Of a stretch of 20,000 bases of DNA, positions 1 to 7,470 are shown piece after piece. The notes under the pieces are model-generated. The model saw only the letters and a list, made by a program, of their open reading frames with translations. It was not told the DNA's origin and did no database searches. The first letter of the stretch is position 1. Each line of letters starts with the position of its first letter. The position numbers and the translations under genes are program-made. The stretch lies in the IMG/VR virus record IMGVR_UViG_3300024303_000041; one strand, written 5' to 3'. The DNA comes from an uncultured virus (IMG/VR IMGVR_UViG_3300024303_000041) (lineage: Duplodnaviria; Heunggongvirae; Uroviricota; Caudoviricetes).

Positions 1-14
1 ATATTTACTCATAT

Positions 15-146
15 TTATATCACCCCGTCATATTTTTCTAGTAAGCGGATTATTAAACTATCCATGGATTCACCACGTGATTGTTTTCGAGATTGTAATC
101 TCTCATAGTTTTCTTCGCCTACATATATTTTAGTATAATTAGTCAT
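15..146 (-). CDS. Small RHH DNA-binding protein (archaeal VapB/antitoxin-like), 43 aa, probably leaderless
   Basis: Manual translation MTNYTKIYVGEENYERLQSRKQSRGESMDSLIIRLLEKYDGVI shows the beta-strand/helix/ES.D..I.RLL RHH pattern. A TATA box lies about 24 nt upstream of the ATG. It is below the ORF-track cutoff. Confidence 0.7.
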   Translation of the reverse strand: MTNYTKIYVGEENYERLQSRKQSRGESMDSLIIRLLEKYDGVI

Positions 147-161
147 AGTATACTATATTTA

Positions 162-177
162 AGAACTACTATATAAA
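162..177 (-). promoter_or_regulatory. Archaeal-type promoter (TTTATATA box plus GTAGTTCT) for the leftward RHH gene
   Basis: Minus strand reads TTTATATAGTAGTTCT, an identical 16-mer to the + strand promoter at 3566-3581. Confidence 0.65.
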
Positions 178-261
178 CTTATTGATTAATTTGTACTTAG
201 TAACATGATAACATAATAAACCATACACAACAAAATATAACATGCAATCCTACTATTTTAC

Positions 262-622
262 AGATTGCCTTGGTTTAATCAATAATCAATTAAAAAGAGA
301 AGGAAACATAAAAGGGGAGTAATAAGAAACAACAAATGTCATTTGCAATCGTTTTCATTGGTGTTTTATACATAATAATTTCATGGATTCACAAGGGGGT
401 TTTTTTCAAAAGATTTTTTCACCCCTTCTTTAACACAGTGCAGCTAAAACAAAATTTTAACAAATCCTTGTACACACTGAAATGCAATACTAATATCCAA
501 TACATTTTTTGTTAAATAACTTTACAATTCTATACTGTTTTCACCTATTCCCCTTTATAATCCTTCTCTTTTAATCCCCCTATATGTGATTAAAATGACT
601 TACTTTGAAGCATTGGTAATCT
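262..622 (+). ncRNA. Putative long structured RNA or 5' leader with nested inverted repeats
   Basis: Nested complementary pairs: 262-269/615-622, 274-281/587-594, 289-304/561-575, 308-321/546-558, 393-400/421-427. There is no ORF of 60 aa or more inside. Confidence 0.45.
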
Positions 623-693
623 ATGGTATTTTTTTCATATTGTTTTGGGTGATTATTGATGTTATTCTTTATTATGTTTTCAGAAGTGATTAA
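595..693 (+). CDS. Small single-TM membrane peptide, 32 aa
   Basis: MTYFEALVIYGIFFILFWVIIDVILYYVFRSD, with a GTGAT RBS-like motif at 586-590 and tight packing against the next ORF. Confidence 0.55.
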   Translation: MTYFEALVIYGIFFILFWVIIDVILYYVFRSD

Positions 694-695
694 CT

Positions 696-809
696 ATGAC
701 TTTAACTGAATTAGTATTATTTCTTATTGTTTATGGTATCACCACTATTATCACAGTTAAAATTATTCTTATTATTCTGGATTATTTAATTGAAAAGGAG
801 ATTTTATAA
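696..809 (+). CDS. Small single-TM membrane peptide, 37 aa, resembles the previous peptide
   Basis: MTLTELVLFLIVYGITTIITVKIILIILDYLIEKEIL. Its stop codon abuts the methyltransferase ATG at 810. Confidence 0.55.
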   Translation: MTLTELVLFLIVYGITTIITVKIILIILDYLIEKEIL

Positions 810-1393
810 ATGGATTATCGGAGTAAAGGTGTTTTCCGTAACATCGGAGCATCAAACCACAGTAATTACGAACGTGAAAAAAACGATTACTACTCCACAG
901 ACCCTCTAGCAATACAATTACTCCACAAACACCATCTCCTAGACACAAACACCCCTTACTGGGAAACAGCATGTGGGGGGGGAGATTATCCAATGAATTA
1001 ATTCGTCTAGGATATGAAGTTGTTTCAAGTGATTTATTTGACCGAGGTTATGGTGATATAGGAGTAGATTTTTTCAAATGTAATGAAATCTTTCAAGGAA
1101 ATACAATAACCAATCCACCATATAGTTTTATCAATGATTGGATAGTACATTCCTTAAAGATTACTTCAAATAAAGTATACATATTCTGTAGAATACAAAC
1201 CATTGAAACCATATCTCGATACAATAAAATATTCAAAGACAACCCGCCAGTATACATTTGTCCTTTTGTTAAAAGAATACAATGTTATAGAAATGATGAT
1301 ACTAGTTTAAAATCATCTGCTGTTTGTTACTCATGGTTTATTTGGGATAACCTTGTTGAAAATGAAGATACTAAAGTGAAGTGGTTAATATGA
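810..1393 (+). pseudogene. Amino (N6-adenine/N4-cytosine) DNA methyltransferase, frameshifted at a G8 tract (975-982); about 194 aa if G9
   Basis: ORF 810-1001 has DYYSTDP and the first half of SAM-binding motif I (WETACGG). ORF 971-1393 continues with GRLS..L...GY.V..SD and catalytic motif IV ITNPPY. RBS AAGGAG at 795-800. Confidence 0.85.
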
Positions 1394-1551
1394 CTAACTT
1401 GGTTAGACTTCATTTTGATGTTGTATGTTATGTTCATGAGGAACTTGCTGATGATCTTGGTAAAGACTTGGCTACTTTCTTGGAAGAGTCATGGTTTAAT
1501 GGTGAAGATGTTTTGGAAGTGGAGTTTAAGGATTATAGTGTAATCAATTAG
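1390..1551 (+). CDS. Small acidic hypothetical protein, 53 aa
   Basis: ATGA overlap with the methyltransferase stop. MTNLVRLHFDVVCYVHEELADDLGKDLATFLEESWFNGEDVLEVEFKDYSVIN. Confidence 0.6.
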   Translation: MTNLVRLHFDVVCYVHEELADDLGKDLATFLEESWFNGEDVLEVEFKDYSVIN

Positions 1552-1813
1552 GTTACACTTAGTAATGAAATACCTTAATAAAACACTACACTATAAAACT
1601 TAATAATAGTAATGCTTTCATAAAACATAATGAATGTGTTACTCGATAAAAAGGACATATTGTAGGGAATATATTTTACTCATTAAAAAGGGGAGTTTTA
1701 GATGCTTTCTTCCCTTTTATTAGTAAAATGGTTCTTACAATAAAACAGAAAAAAAATATTAAACCTCTTCATTAAATACATTTTTGATATGAGGTGTCTT
1801 ATCACTCCATTGT

Positions 1814-1846
1814 AGCAACACCTTTTTTTTGGTGTTGCTTTTTTTT
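1814..1846 (+). terminator. Hairpin plus T-tract terminator
   Basis: AGCAACACC (1814-1822) and GGTGTTGCT (1831-1839) form a perfect 9-bp stem followed by a T run. Confidence 0.65.
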
Positions 1847-1896
1847 ATAATCTTATTTTTTTTTAGAGATGATACATGACACATCTAATGATAACA

Positions 1897-1912
1897 TTTA
1901 TATACTACTTCT
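1897..1912 (+). promoter_or_regulatory. Archaeal-type promoter for the 2003-2855 gene cluster
   Basis: TTTATATACTACTTCT, a variant of the promoter 16-mer at 162-177 and 3566-3581. Confidence 0.6.
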
Positions 1913-2002
1913 AATAGATAGTAGATTATCAGATAGTTAAAAATAATCACCACAATATTAGTTTTAACTACTCTGAAATGAAAACCAAAGGAGAACGAAA
2001 TA

Positions 2003-2251
2003 ATGAATTGGCATACACAAGAGCTGTACTTATGGCTCACAAATGATGAAAGATACTATGAAGTAATGCAAGACTATTGTCGCACTGCAAAACAATTTAA
2101 ACGGTTCGCAGGTAATAGGTTGAACTGGATTAATAAACGTATTGGAAATGAAAACAGACACATTGATGCAAATGAAATTAACTGGAATGAAATCTACCTT
2201 GCATTTTGTGAACTTGTTGGAAATGAAAATCCAAAAATGAACTTAACCTAG
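2003..2251 (+). CDS. Viral hypothetical protein, 82 aa (LW..NDE.YY motif reminiscent of small phage early proteins)
   Basis: ORF track; RBS AAGGAG at 1988-1993. Confidence 0.75.
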   Translation: MNWHTQELYLWLTNDERYYEVMQDYCRTAKQFKRFAGNRLNWINKRIGNENRHIDANEINWNEIYLAFCELVGNENPKMNLT

Positions 2252-2359
2252 AAATGAAACACACCTAGAAGGAGTTTAGAAATGAACAAAGGAACCGTTT
2301 TAAAAATGAACCCCGAAATGAACATAGAAATGAACGGAAAAATGAACGTAGAAATGAAC
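2145..2359 (+). repeat. Array of about 12 (G/A)AAATGAA(C/A)-type motifs, with 12-bp period at about 2303-2359
   Basis: The motif recurs through the end of ORF 2003, the intergenic gap and ORF 2282 (MNPE-MNIE-MNGK-MNVE-MNHR). Confidence 0.7.
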
Positions 2360-2569
2360 CATCGCATGACACTATCCACCGAAACCATAATCCGACTAAA
2401 AAACCGATTAAACTTTACTAATTTTACCTCCAGTTTATGGACTGGAAACCGTAAATACTGGATAGAAGGAACATTCTATCATCACAAAGACCCTATACTG
2501 AAATTCAAAATCAATTGTGAAAGCAAAATCCATGCAATGGGAACATTACAGAAAATAAGGAGAGCATAA
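2282..2569 (+). CDS. Viral hypothetical protein, 95 aa, with N-terminal MNxx repeats
   Basis: ORF track; RBS AAGGAG at 2269-2274. Confidence 0.65.
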   Translation: MNKGTVLKMNPEMNIEMNGKMNVEMNHRMTLSTETIIRLKNRLNFTNFTSSLWTGNRKYWIEGTFYHHKDPILKFKINCESKIHAMGTLQKIRRA

Positions 2570-2573
2570 GTTT

Positions 2574-2855
2574 ATGAAATACAATTACGGAGTAGTCGAA
2601 AGAAAAAACGGTGTCATAGTTAAAGCTCCAGCTTTAGCTGACATTGTTAAAAGAGATGTAAGAAACGGTAAATGGAATATTTATCATGGAGGAGATGAAA
2701 AACACCCTGCAAGAATCAGTTACGAATCCAAAAACTTTACTCATGGTGAGCATATGTTCATTGTAGGCAGTAAAAGGGAAATTCAATTTTTTGAAAAACT
2801 AATCAGCCAGTATATTAAAGTGATACCTAGAGTATTTAAAGAAGAAACTACATAA
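2574..2855 (+). CDS. Viral hypothetical protein, 93 aa
   Basis: ORF track; AGGAG RBS; 4-bp gap to the upstream ORF. Confidence 0.75.
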   Translation: MKYNYGVVERKNGVIVKAPALADIVKRDVRNGKWNIYHGGDEKHPARISYESKNFTHGEHMFIVGSKREIQFFEKLISQYIKVIPRVFKEETT

Positions 2856-3030
2856 AATTGTAACATGGAGAGAGTATATAACTCATATCTTTTTATGATT
2901 GCTTTTGTTTTGATATGGATATTCTCTTCATAAAATTGCATTGTTTTACAATTGGGGATTTATATGCTTCTTTAAACTTTTACAACTCCAAAAAAGAAGC
3001 ACTATAAAACCCCATAATTTTAACTATTTT

Positions 3031-3289
3031 TTACTTACCATAAACTTAAAACAAAAATTTACCTACCATATACTTAAACTAATTTTTTACCTACCATAAA
3101 CTTAAAAATCTAGGTACCAAATGTCTTAAAATTTAGGTACCATATACTTTACCTACCATATACTTAGGTACGAACGACTTAGGTACGAAAAAACTTACCT
3201 ACCAACGTCTTAAAAATTTTTTACCTACCATAAACTTAGGTACCATATACTTAGAAAAAAAATCTGAAAATTTACCTACCATATACTTA
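3031..3289 (+). repeat. Array of 12 copies of an ~18-bp motif TTA(CC/GG)TAC(C/G)A-N4/5-CTTA (candidate viral origin or terminus binding sites)
   Basis: Copies start near 3031, 3059, 3087, 3110, 3133, 3149, 3164, 3179, 3195, 3221, 3236 and 3272. The region is non-coding. Confidence 0.9.
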
Positions 3290-3319
3290 GAAGCTCCCAC
3301 GCTCTCACGCTCCACCAAT

Positions 3320-3786
3320 GGAACCACTGCAAACCATCACAACCCCCGGAACCATTGCAGCCAATGGAACCAATTATATAATAATATCATTGCAGCAACT
3401 CCAGGAAACCAATATAATAATATTAATATGATCAACCCGCCGGAACCTGGAACCAATGAAAAAAATTTTTATGATGATCAACCCCGGCGGTAAACTATTA
3501 TTGGAACCATTGCAGTATATTATATTTTTTTTATGTAAGTATGAAAAACACGCAAAACCGAAAGATTTATATAGTAGTTCTAAGAAATAGAATATCAACA
3601 AGACGGAACCCAGACGGGAACCAGTCAAGGCACAACCCGGCGGGGTGTAAAAACCACCACCGGGAGAAGTAACCGGCACCGGTTAAAAAGAATATACTTT
3701 TTAACCCCTGGAACCTTTGGAAGTTGTGGAAGTTATCAAGGAACCCCCGCAACCGCTGCAACGGGAAAGGGAAAAAAGCCGGAACC
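3320..3786 (+). repeat. Dispersed GGAACC motif cluster (11 or more copies), often with AACCCCCGG-like neighbours
   Basis: GGAACC near 3320, 3348, 3366, 3442, 3449, 3503, 3605, 3617, 3710, 3740 and 3781. Confidence 0.6.
3557..3581 (+). promoter_or_regulatory. Consensus-like archaeal promoter (BRE ACCGAAAG plus TTTATATA)
   Basis: ACCGAAAGATTTATATAGTAGTTCT. Confidence 0.75.
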
Positions 3787-3810
3787 CAGCCACCAGCACA
3801 CCGGGCAATA
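3595..3810 (+). ncRNA. Putative GC-rich structured RNA or long leader
   Basis: GC-rich island starting right after the promoter. Hairpins at 3636-3664, 3671-3684 and a perfect 10-bp stem 3681-3690/3697-3706. No credible ORF until 3951. Confidence 0.4.
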
Positions 3811-3950
3811 TAAAAACAACAATTTTAAAACATTATTTGTTTTATTAATTTATTTTTATAACCTCCAGGAGCTGGAAAGGATTAAATTTATAAAAATTGG
3901 TATTTTTATTTTTTTAAACCATTAATTAAATTTAAAGGAGTTGTAAAACA

Positions 3951-4181
3951 ATGTTTAAAGTAAAAAGAGATTACCAGGACGAAACCAAAGAAATATTAAA
4001 AAAATTAAATAGTAATTGGTACAATTACAGTTATATTCATATTAAAGTTAATAACAACAGTGAAGACCAATTAATATTAAATGACAATGAAAAAACCACC
4101 ATTAATATAAATTTTAGACTTACTTTAATGGAGTTACTACACGCTTTTTATGATCATTATAAAAGCTATGATTTTATTTAA
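3951..4181 (+). CDS. Viral early-type hypothetical protein, 76 aa
   Basis: ORF track; RBS motif AAGGAGTTGTAA. Confidence 0.75.
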   Translation: MFKVKRDYQDETKEILKKLNSNWYNYSYIHIKVNNNSEDQLILNDNEKTTININFRLTLMELLHAFYDHYKSYDFI

Positions 4182-4266
4182 ATTTTAAAATTTTTTATAA
4201 ACCAACCATGACCAGCACCAGGACAGCCACCACCACAAAATAATAAAATAAGTGGAGTTGTAAAAA

Positions 4267-5064
4267 ATGCAAAGTATAAAACAAACAAAAGCAATAATAA
4301 ACCAAAGCACCCCGACAGAAGAAAACCCAATAATAATAAAACCCTTTGAAGATTACAAAAGCTATAACAAATATTATAAAGCCCGCGTAATATATAACAC
4401 TAACTTTATAAGACCCCAAATTTATATATGCCGGTCTTATAATACAGATATTGCAATATTTAACCGCATGAACGGGACATTATTATTAAATATTGAATGG
4501 TACAACAGCAGCAAAACCACCGCCGCACAGCTAGACCATTTTATATTTAAATATTGTTTTAAACCAATAAGAACAATTTATTTAAAAGAATCCATTTTTA
4601 ATGAATTAACCGCCGCTTTTTATGGGTCTGATATTGGATTATATGAGAACAAAGAGTACAATATAATAAAATTATATGAACATGATAAAAACATCATGGA
4701 AACTTTAAAGAATCCATTTTTAACACTTCCTGAAAAACTGGAAGAGTTAGAACCATATGTTAATTTAAATATTGATGCTGGGAGAGAATTTAAAACCACT
4801 ACCGAAAGGATATTTATTTATACTGCTAGTAACTCCAGAAGCAATATAAAATTTAAAATAATAAGACGCTTTAAAAAATATAAGCAAGTTAAAAACTATC
4901 ATAAGAAAATAACCTATGAAAAATTAATACTTCCAGATGAACCAAATTTTTATAATGACCCTAGAAAACAAGCCGATAAAACATTATTTAACGGCTATGA
5001 TATGGGAGTTACAAACACTAAAGATTTAAGAAAACAAACATTTAATAATTATAGAATGTTTTAA
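4267..5064 (+). CDS. Viral hypothetical protein, 265 aa (SY.T.IA...S.TT..Q...F motif reminiscent of phage early proteins)
   Basis: ORF track; RBS GGAGTTGTAA. Confidence 0.85.
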   Translation: MQSIKQTKAIINQSTPTEENPIIIKPFEDYKSYNKYYKARVIYNTNFIRPQIYICRSYNTDIAIFNRMNGTLLLNIEWYNSSKTTAAQLDHFIFKYCFKPIRTIYLKESIFNELTAAFYGSDIGLYENKEYNIIKLYEHDKNIMETLKNPFLTLPEKLEELEPYVNLNIDAGREFKTTTERIFIYTASNSRSNIKFKIIRRFKKYKQVKNYHKKITYEKLILPDEPNFYNDPRKQADKTLFNGYDMGVTNTKDLRKQTFNNYRMF

Positions 5065-5085
5065 AACCATTGGAGGCGTTAAATA

Positions 5086-5166
5086 ATGAATCAAAATATA
5101 AACAATTTTTTAGTATTAACATTAATTTTATTTATGATCGAAACCGTACTAATTTTTATTATTTAA
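5086..5166 (+). CDS. Small hydrophobic peptide, 26 aa
   Basis: MNQNINNFLVLTLILFMIETVLIFII; GGAGG RBS at 5072. Confidence 0.5.
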   Translation: MNQNINNFLVLTLILFMIETVLIFII

Positions 5167-5180
5167 AGGAGTTGTAAGCA

Positions 5181-5282
5181 ATGAAAAATAATAATTTAAT
5201 ACTAACCGCAGCAATAACCAGCATGATAATAAATAGTTTAAGCTTTTTAATTATTGCATATTGGTTTTTTTACTGCTTTTAA
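5181..5282 (+). CDS. Small hydrophobic peptide, 33 aa
   Basis: MKNNNLILTAAITSMIINSLSFLIIAYWFFYCF; AAGGAGTTGTAA RBS motif shared with ORFs 3951 and 4267. Confidence 0.55.
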   Translation: MKNNNLILTAAITSMIINSLSFLIIAYWFFYCF

Positions 5283-5366
5283 AATTGAAGCTATTTTAAT
5301 ATAAAACAAACCACCATTAAAAACCATCACTAATTTTAAAACAAATATACTAGGAGTAAAGAAAAA

Positions 5367-5606
5367 ATGAAAAAATATAACCCTTTTAAAAAAACCAGCA
5401 GCAAAACCGCCCCAATAAGTGAAAAATTAACAGATTTAAAAAACTGGTATAAATCCAGCAAATACAATTATAAAACCCGGTTTTATATAAACATTGCATC
5501 ACCTAGAAAAACCGCAGCAATGAAAAACAAATTTAATAAAAAAAATATTCATTATTTTTATTATATGAATCCCACCGCTGCAAACCTAGAAAAACAATTA
5601 ATATAA
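5367..5606 (+). CDS. Basic viral hypothetical protein, 79 aa
   Basis: ORF track; AGGAG RBS. Confidence 0.65.
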   Translation: MKKYNPFKKTSSKTAPISEKLTDLKNWYKSSKYNYKTRFYINIASPRKTAAMKNKFNKKNIHYFYYMNPTAANLEKQLI

Positions 5607-5628
5607 AAAAATTGGAGGACTGGAAAAA

Positions 5629-5778
5629 ATGAATATTAATTTAAATTTATTCATGAAAAAAAATTTTAACAGACATTTAAAAAATATGAATCATCAAACC
5701 AGAAGAACCCGCAACTCCATTGCATCAGTTAAAGCATATAGGCAAAGCATTTGCAGAAAGGTTTATCCCATACCTTGA
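5629..5778 (+). pseudogene. Viral small ORF interrupted by the plasmid-derived insertion (chimeric 49 aa)
   Basis: GGAGG RBS and ATG at 5629. The first 26 codons are viral, and the rest reads into the repeat out of frame with the helicase. Confidence 0.5.
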
Positions 5779-6355
5779 AAGCCAATCCGATGAGTTATAC
5801 GATTTGGAGGACTTAACAATAAAGATATTGGAGCAAATTGAAAAAGATTTCCAAGTTTCATTTAATCTGAATACTAAAATTAAACAGAAATTAACCAACC
5901 AAAGCAGAGATACTGGAAGTATTATAAAAACTGGCTTAAATAAAATGTTTACCAGTAGTTATAAAATCCCATATGGTCGCAGTCATTATGACATAGATGA
6001 TTTTATAAACAGCACAGATGTTGGGGCTGTCAGGTGGCTTGATTATCAGCCAAAGAACAAAGTATTTATTATCAAGGTTAATGAGTTTGAACAAGACATA
6101 ACAAAAATTGTGGGGGAACATAAACCAATAGCTGAAACAATGGAACTGTTAAACATCAAGTATGACAATAACAATGGGAAAAACATTAAATTTAGAGGTA
6201 TTCCAACAAAAGCAGTTAAATTGTCAATCTTTGATTTAACATACAAGTTATTTAATATAAGAGTATCAGAATTTGAAGAATTACAAGCCGAAGAAGAAGA
6301 AAAGGAACAGAGAGAAGCAGAAGCAAACCAAATACTAAACAGAGAATCAATATAA
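5708..6355 (+). pseudogene. 5'-truncated duplicate of the helicase C-terminus (211-aa ORF 5720-6355 in the track)
   Basis: Identical to the C-terminal residues of ORF 13080-15227 except one K/N. It has a TTG start without an RBS and lacks the ATPase motifs. Confidence 0.85.
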
Positions 6356-6729
6356 ATGGTTGAAATATTAAAGGTAGTGCCTTTCTACCTACTTTCTACC
6401 TATTTTCTACCTAACTGGCTACCTTGAAAAACAAATCTAATAGCTCCAATGATTAAATAAACAATAAATAAATAAATAAATGCTTATAAGTATATATTTA
6501 TTTATAATTATACACCCCTATAATTGTTTGAGTTATTGGATTTAATAGGTAGTTTGCAAGGTAGAAATATAGGGGGTCTGTATTTTTTTAAAATTTCTAC
6601 CTTGAAACACGAAAAACCATTAATATTGCTTCAATTGATAATTAGGGCAATATTAGGGAGTTTCCCAAAGTAGAATTTAGGTAGAAATTGCTTCTACCTT
6701 TGGTATTTTTTCATCTACTTTGGAAAATT
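6356..6729. promoter_or_regulatory. Putative plasmid replication origin (iterons plus AT-rich unwinding element), copy 1
   Basis: TTCTACCT at 6383, 6394 and 6405 (11-bp period), 6595 and 6692. Inverted AGGTAG(AA) at 6372, 6547, 6559 and 6679. A 12-bp inverted repeat at 6557-6568/6593-6604. AT-rich tract at about 6452-6512. It lies directly downstream of the helicase gene end. Confidence 0.7.
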
Positions 6730-6975
6730 ATGTCTGCCAATGATTGTGCATACTACCCAAATTGTGAGTTATGCAAAAGCGGTGAAAAATGTATTTTAAA
6801 ATTTCCAAAAGTCAATAAAGACATCTTAAAATTAATAATTTGGGAAATTGAATATAAACAACACCATAACAAACCAATTGAATTAAATAAAATACTGGAT
6901 TGGTATAAAACCAATTATGGTGTTGCAGTTACCAAATCAGAATTACAATTATATACACCAAACATAAAATTATAA
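6730..6975 (+). CDS. Cys-rich (C-x5-C-x2-C-x5-C) putative zinc-binding protein, 81 aa
   Basis: ORF track 6688-6975; ATG at 6730 preferred (MSANDCAYYPNCELCKSGEKC...). Confidence 0.65.
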   Translation: MSANDCAYYPNCELCKSGEKCILKFPKVNKDILKLIIWEIEYKQHHNKPIELNKILDWYKTNYGVAVTKSELQLYTPNIKL

Positions 6976-6980
6976 ACATT

Positions 6981-7154
6981 ATGAGAAGCCGGAAATATGA
7001 AGTTATGGGAATTGATGGGAAATTATTTAAAAGACTACAACAACAAGCCAATAGGGAAAACATCACCGTTGATGTTTTAGTACATCGATATTTAAGTTAT
7101 GGCTTAACCAATTGGGCTGATGTTATAGCTGACTTTTACAAACCAATAAAATAA
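6981..7154 (+). CDS. Small RHH-like protein, 57 aa
   Basis: Manual translation MRSRKYEVMGIDGKLFKRLQQQANRENITVDVLVHRYLSYGLTNWADVIADFYKPIK. It starts 5 nt after the previous stop and is not in the ORF track. Confidence 0.6.
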   Translation: MRSRKYEVMGIDGKLFKRLQQQANRENITVDVLVHRYLSYGLTNWADVIADFYKPIK

Positions 7155-7188
7155 AAATTAAATTTACTAATGGGGAGAATTATATAAT

Positions 7189-7365
7189 ATGAAAACTACA
7201 ATTAACATAGATGATGAACTATTAAAAGCGGTTAAAATAAAAGCCATCGATAATGAAATGACCATTACCGATTTAATAACATTATATTTGAAATTTGGAT
7301 TAACAAACCATATTAATAAAAAATCTGTTGAATTTAGATATAAAAAATTAATTAAAAAATCCTAA
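7189..7365 (+). CDS. CopG/RHH DNA-binding protein, 58 aa
   Basis: MKTTINIDDELLKAVKIKAIDNEMTITDLITLYLKFGL... is a classic RHH N-terminus. GGGGAG RBS. Not in the ORF track. Confidence 0.85.
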   Translation: MKTTINIDDELLKAVKIKAIDNEMTITDLITLYLKFGLTNHINKKSVEFRYKKLIKKS

Positions 7366-7427
7366 AAATTACCAACCTTTCATTACCAACTTTCCTAAAA
7401 AATTACCACCCTGAAAAAATATTTTTT

Positions 7428-7470
7428 TCCTGATCCCCACGCACCACCTATGCGTTATCAGGATTTTTTT
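7428..7470 (+). terminator. GC-rich hairpin plus T7 (terminator and/or structural signal at the strand-skew switch)
   Basis: TCCTGAT/ATCAGGA outer stem and ACGCA/TGCGT inner stem, followed by a T run. Confidence 0.55.

Larger units (their letters stand above)
5708..6879 (+). repeat. Left copy of the 1,172-bp direct repeat
   Basis: Matches 14580-15751; the only difference noticed is 5734 G versus 14606 T. Confidence 0.97.

Noticed and set aside
3031..3289. CRISPR mini-array
   Set aside because: Repeats are about 18 bp with 0-20 bp low-complexity gaps, no unique 30-40 bp spacers, and no cas genes.
3374..3761. Minus-strand ORFs 3374-3679 and 3567-3761
   Set aside because: They span a + strand promoter and the GC-rich hairpin island, and are probably open only because local GC lowers stop-codon frequency.
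5720..6355. Independent 211-aa gene
   Set aside because: It is the 3' fragment of the helicase gene, with a TTG start and no RBS.
5708..6879. Diversity-generating retroelement template/variable repeat pair
   Set aside because: The repeat is far too long, only one G/T difference was seen (not adenine-specific), and there is no reverse transcriptase.
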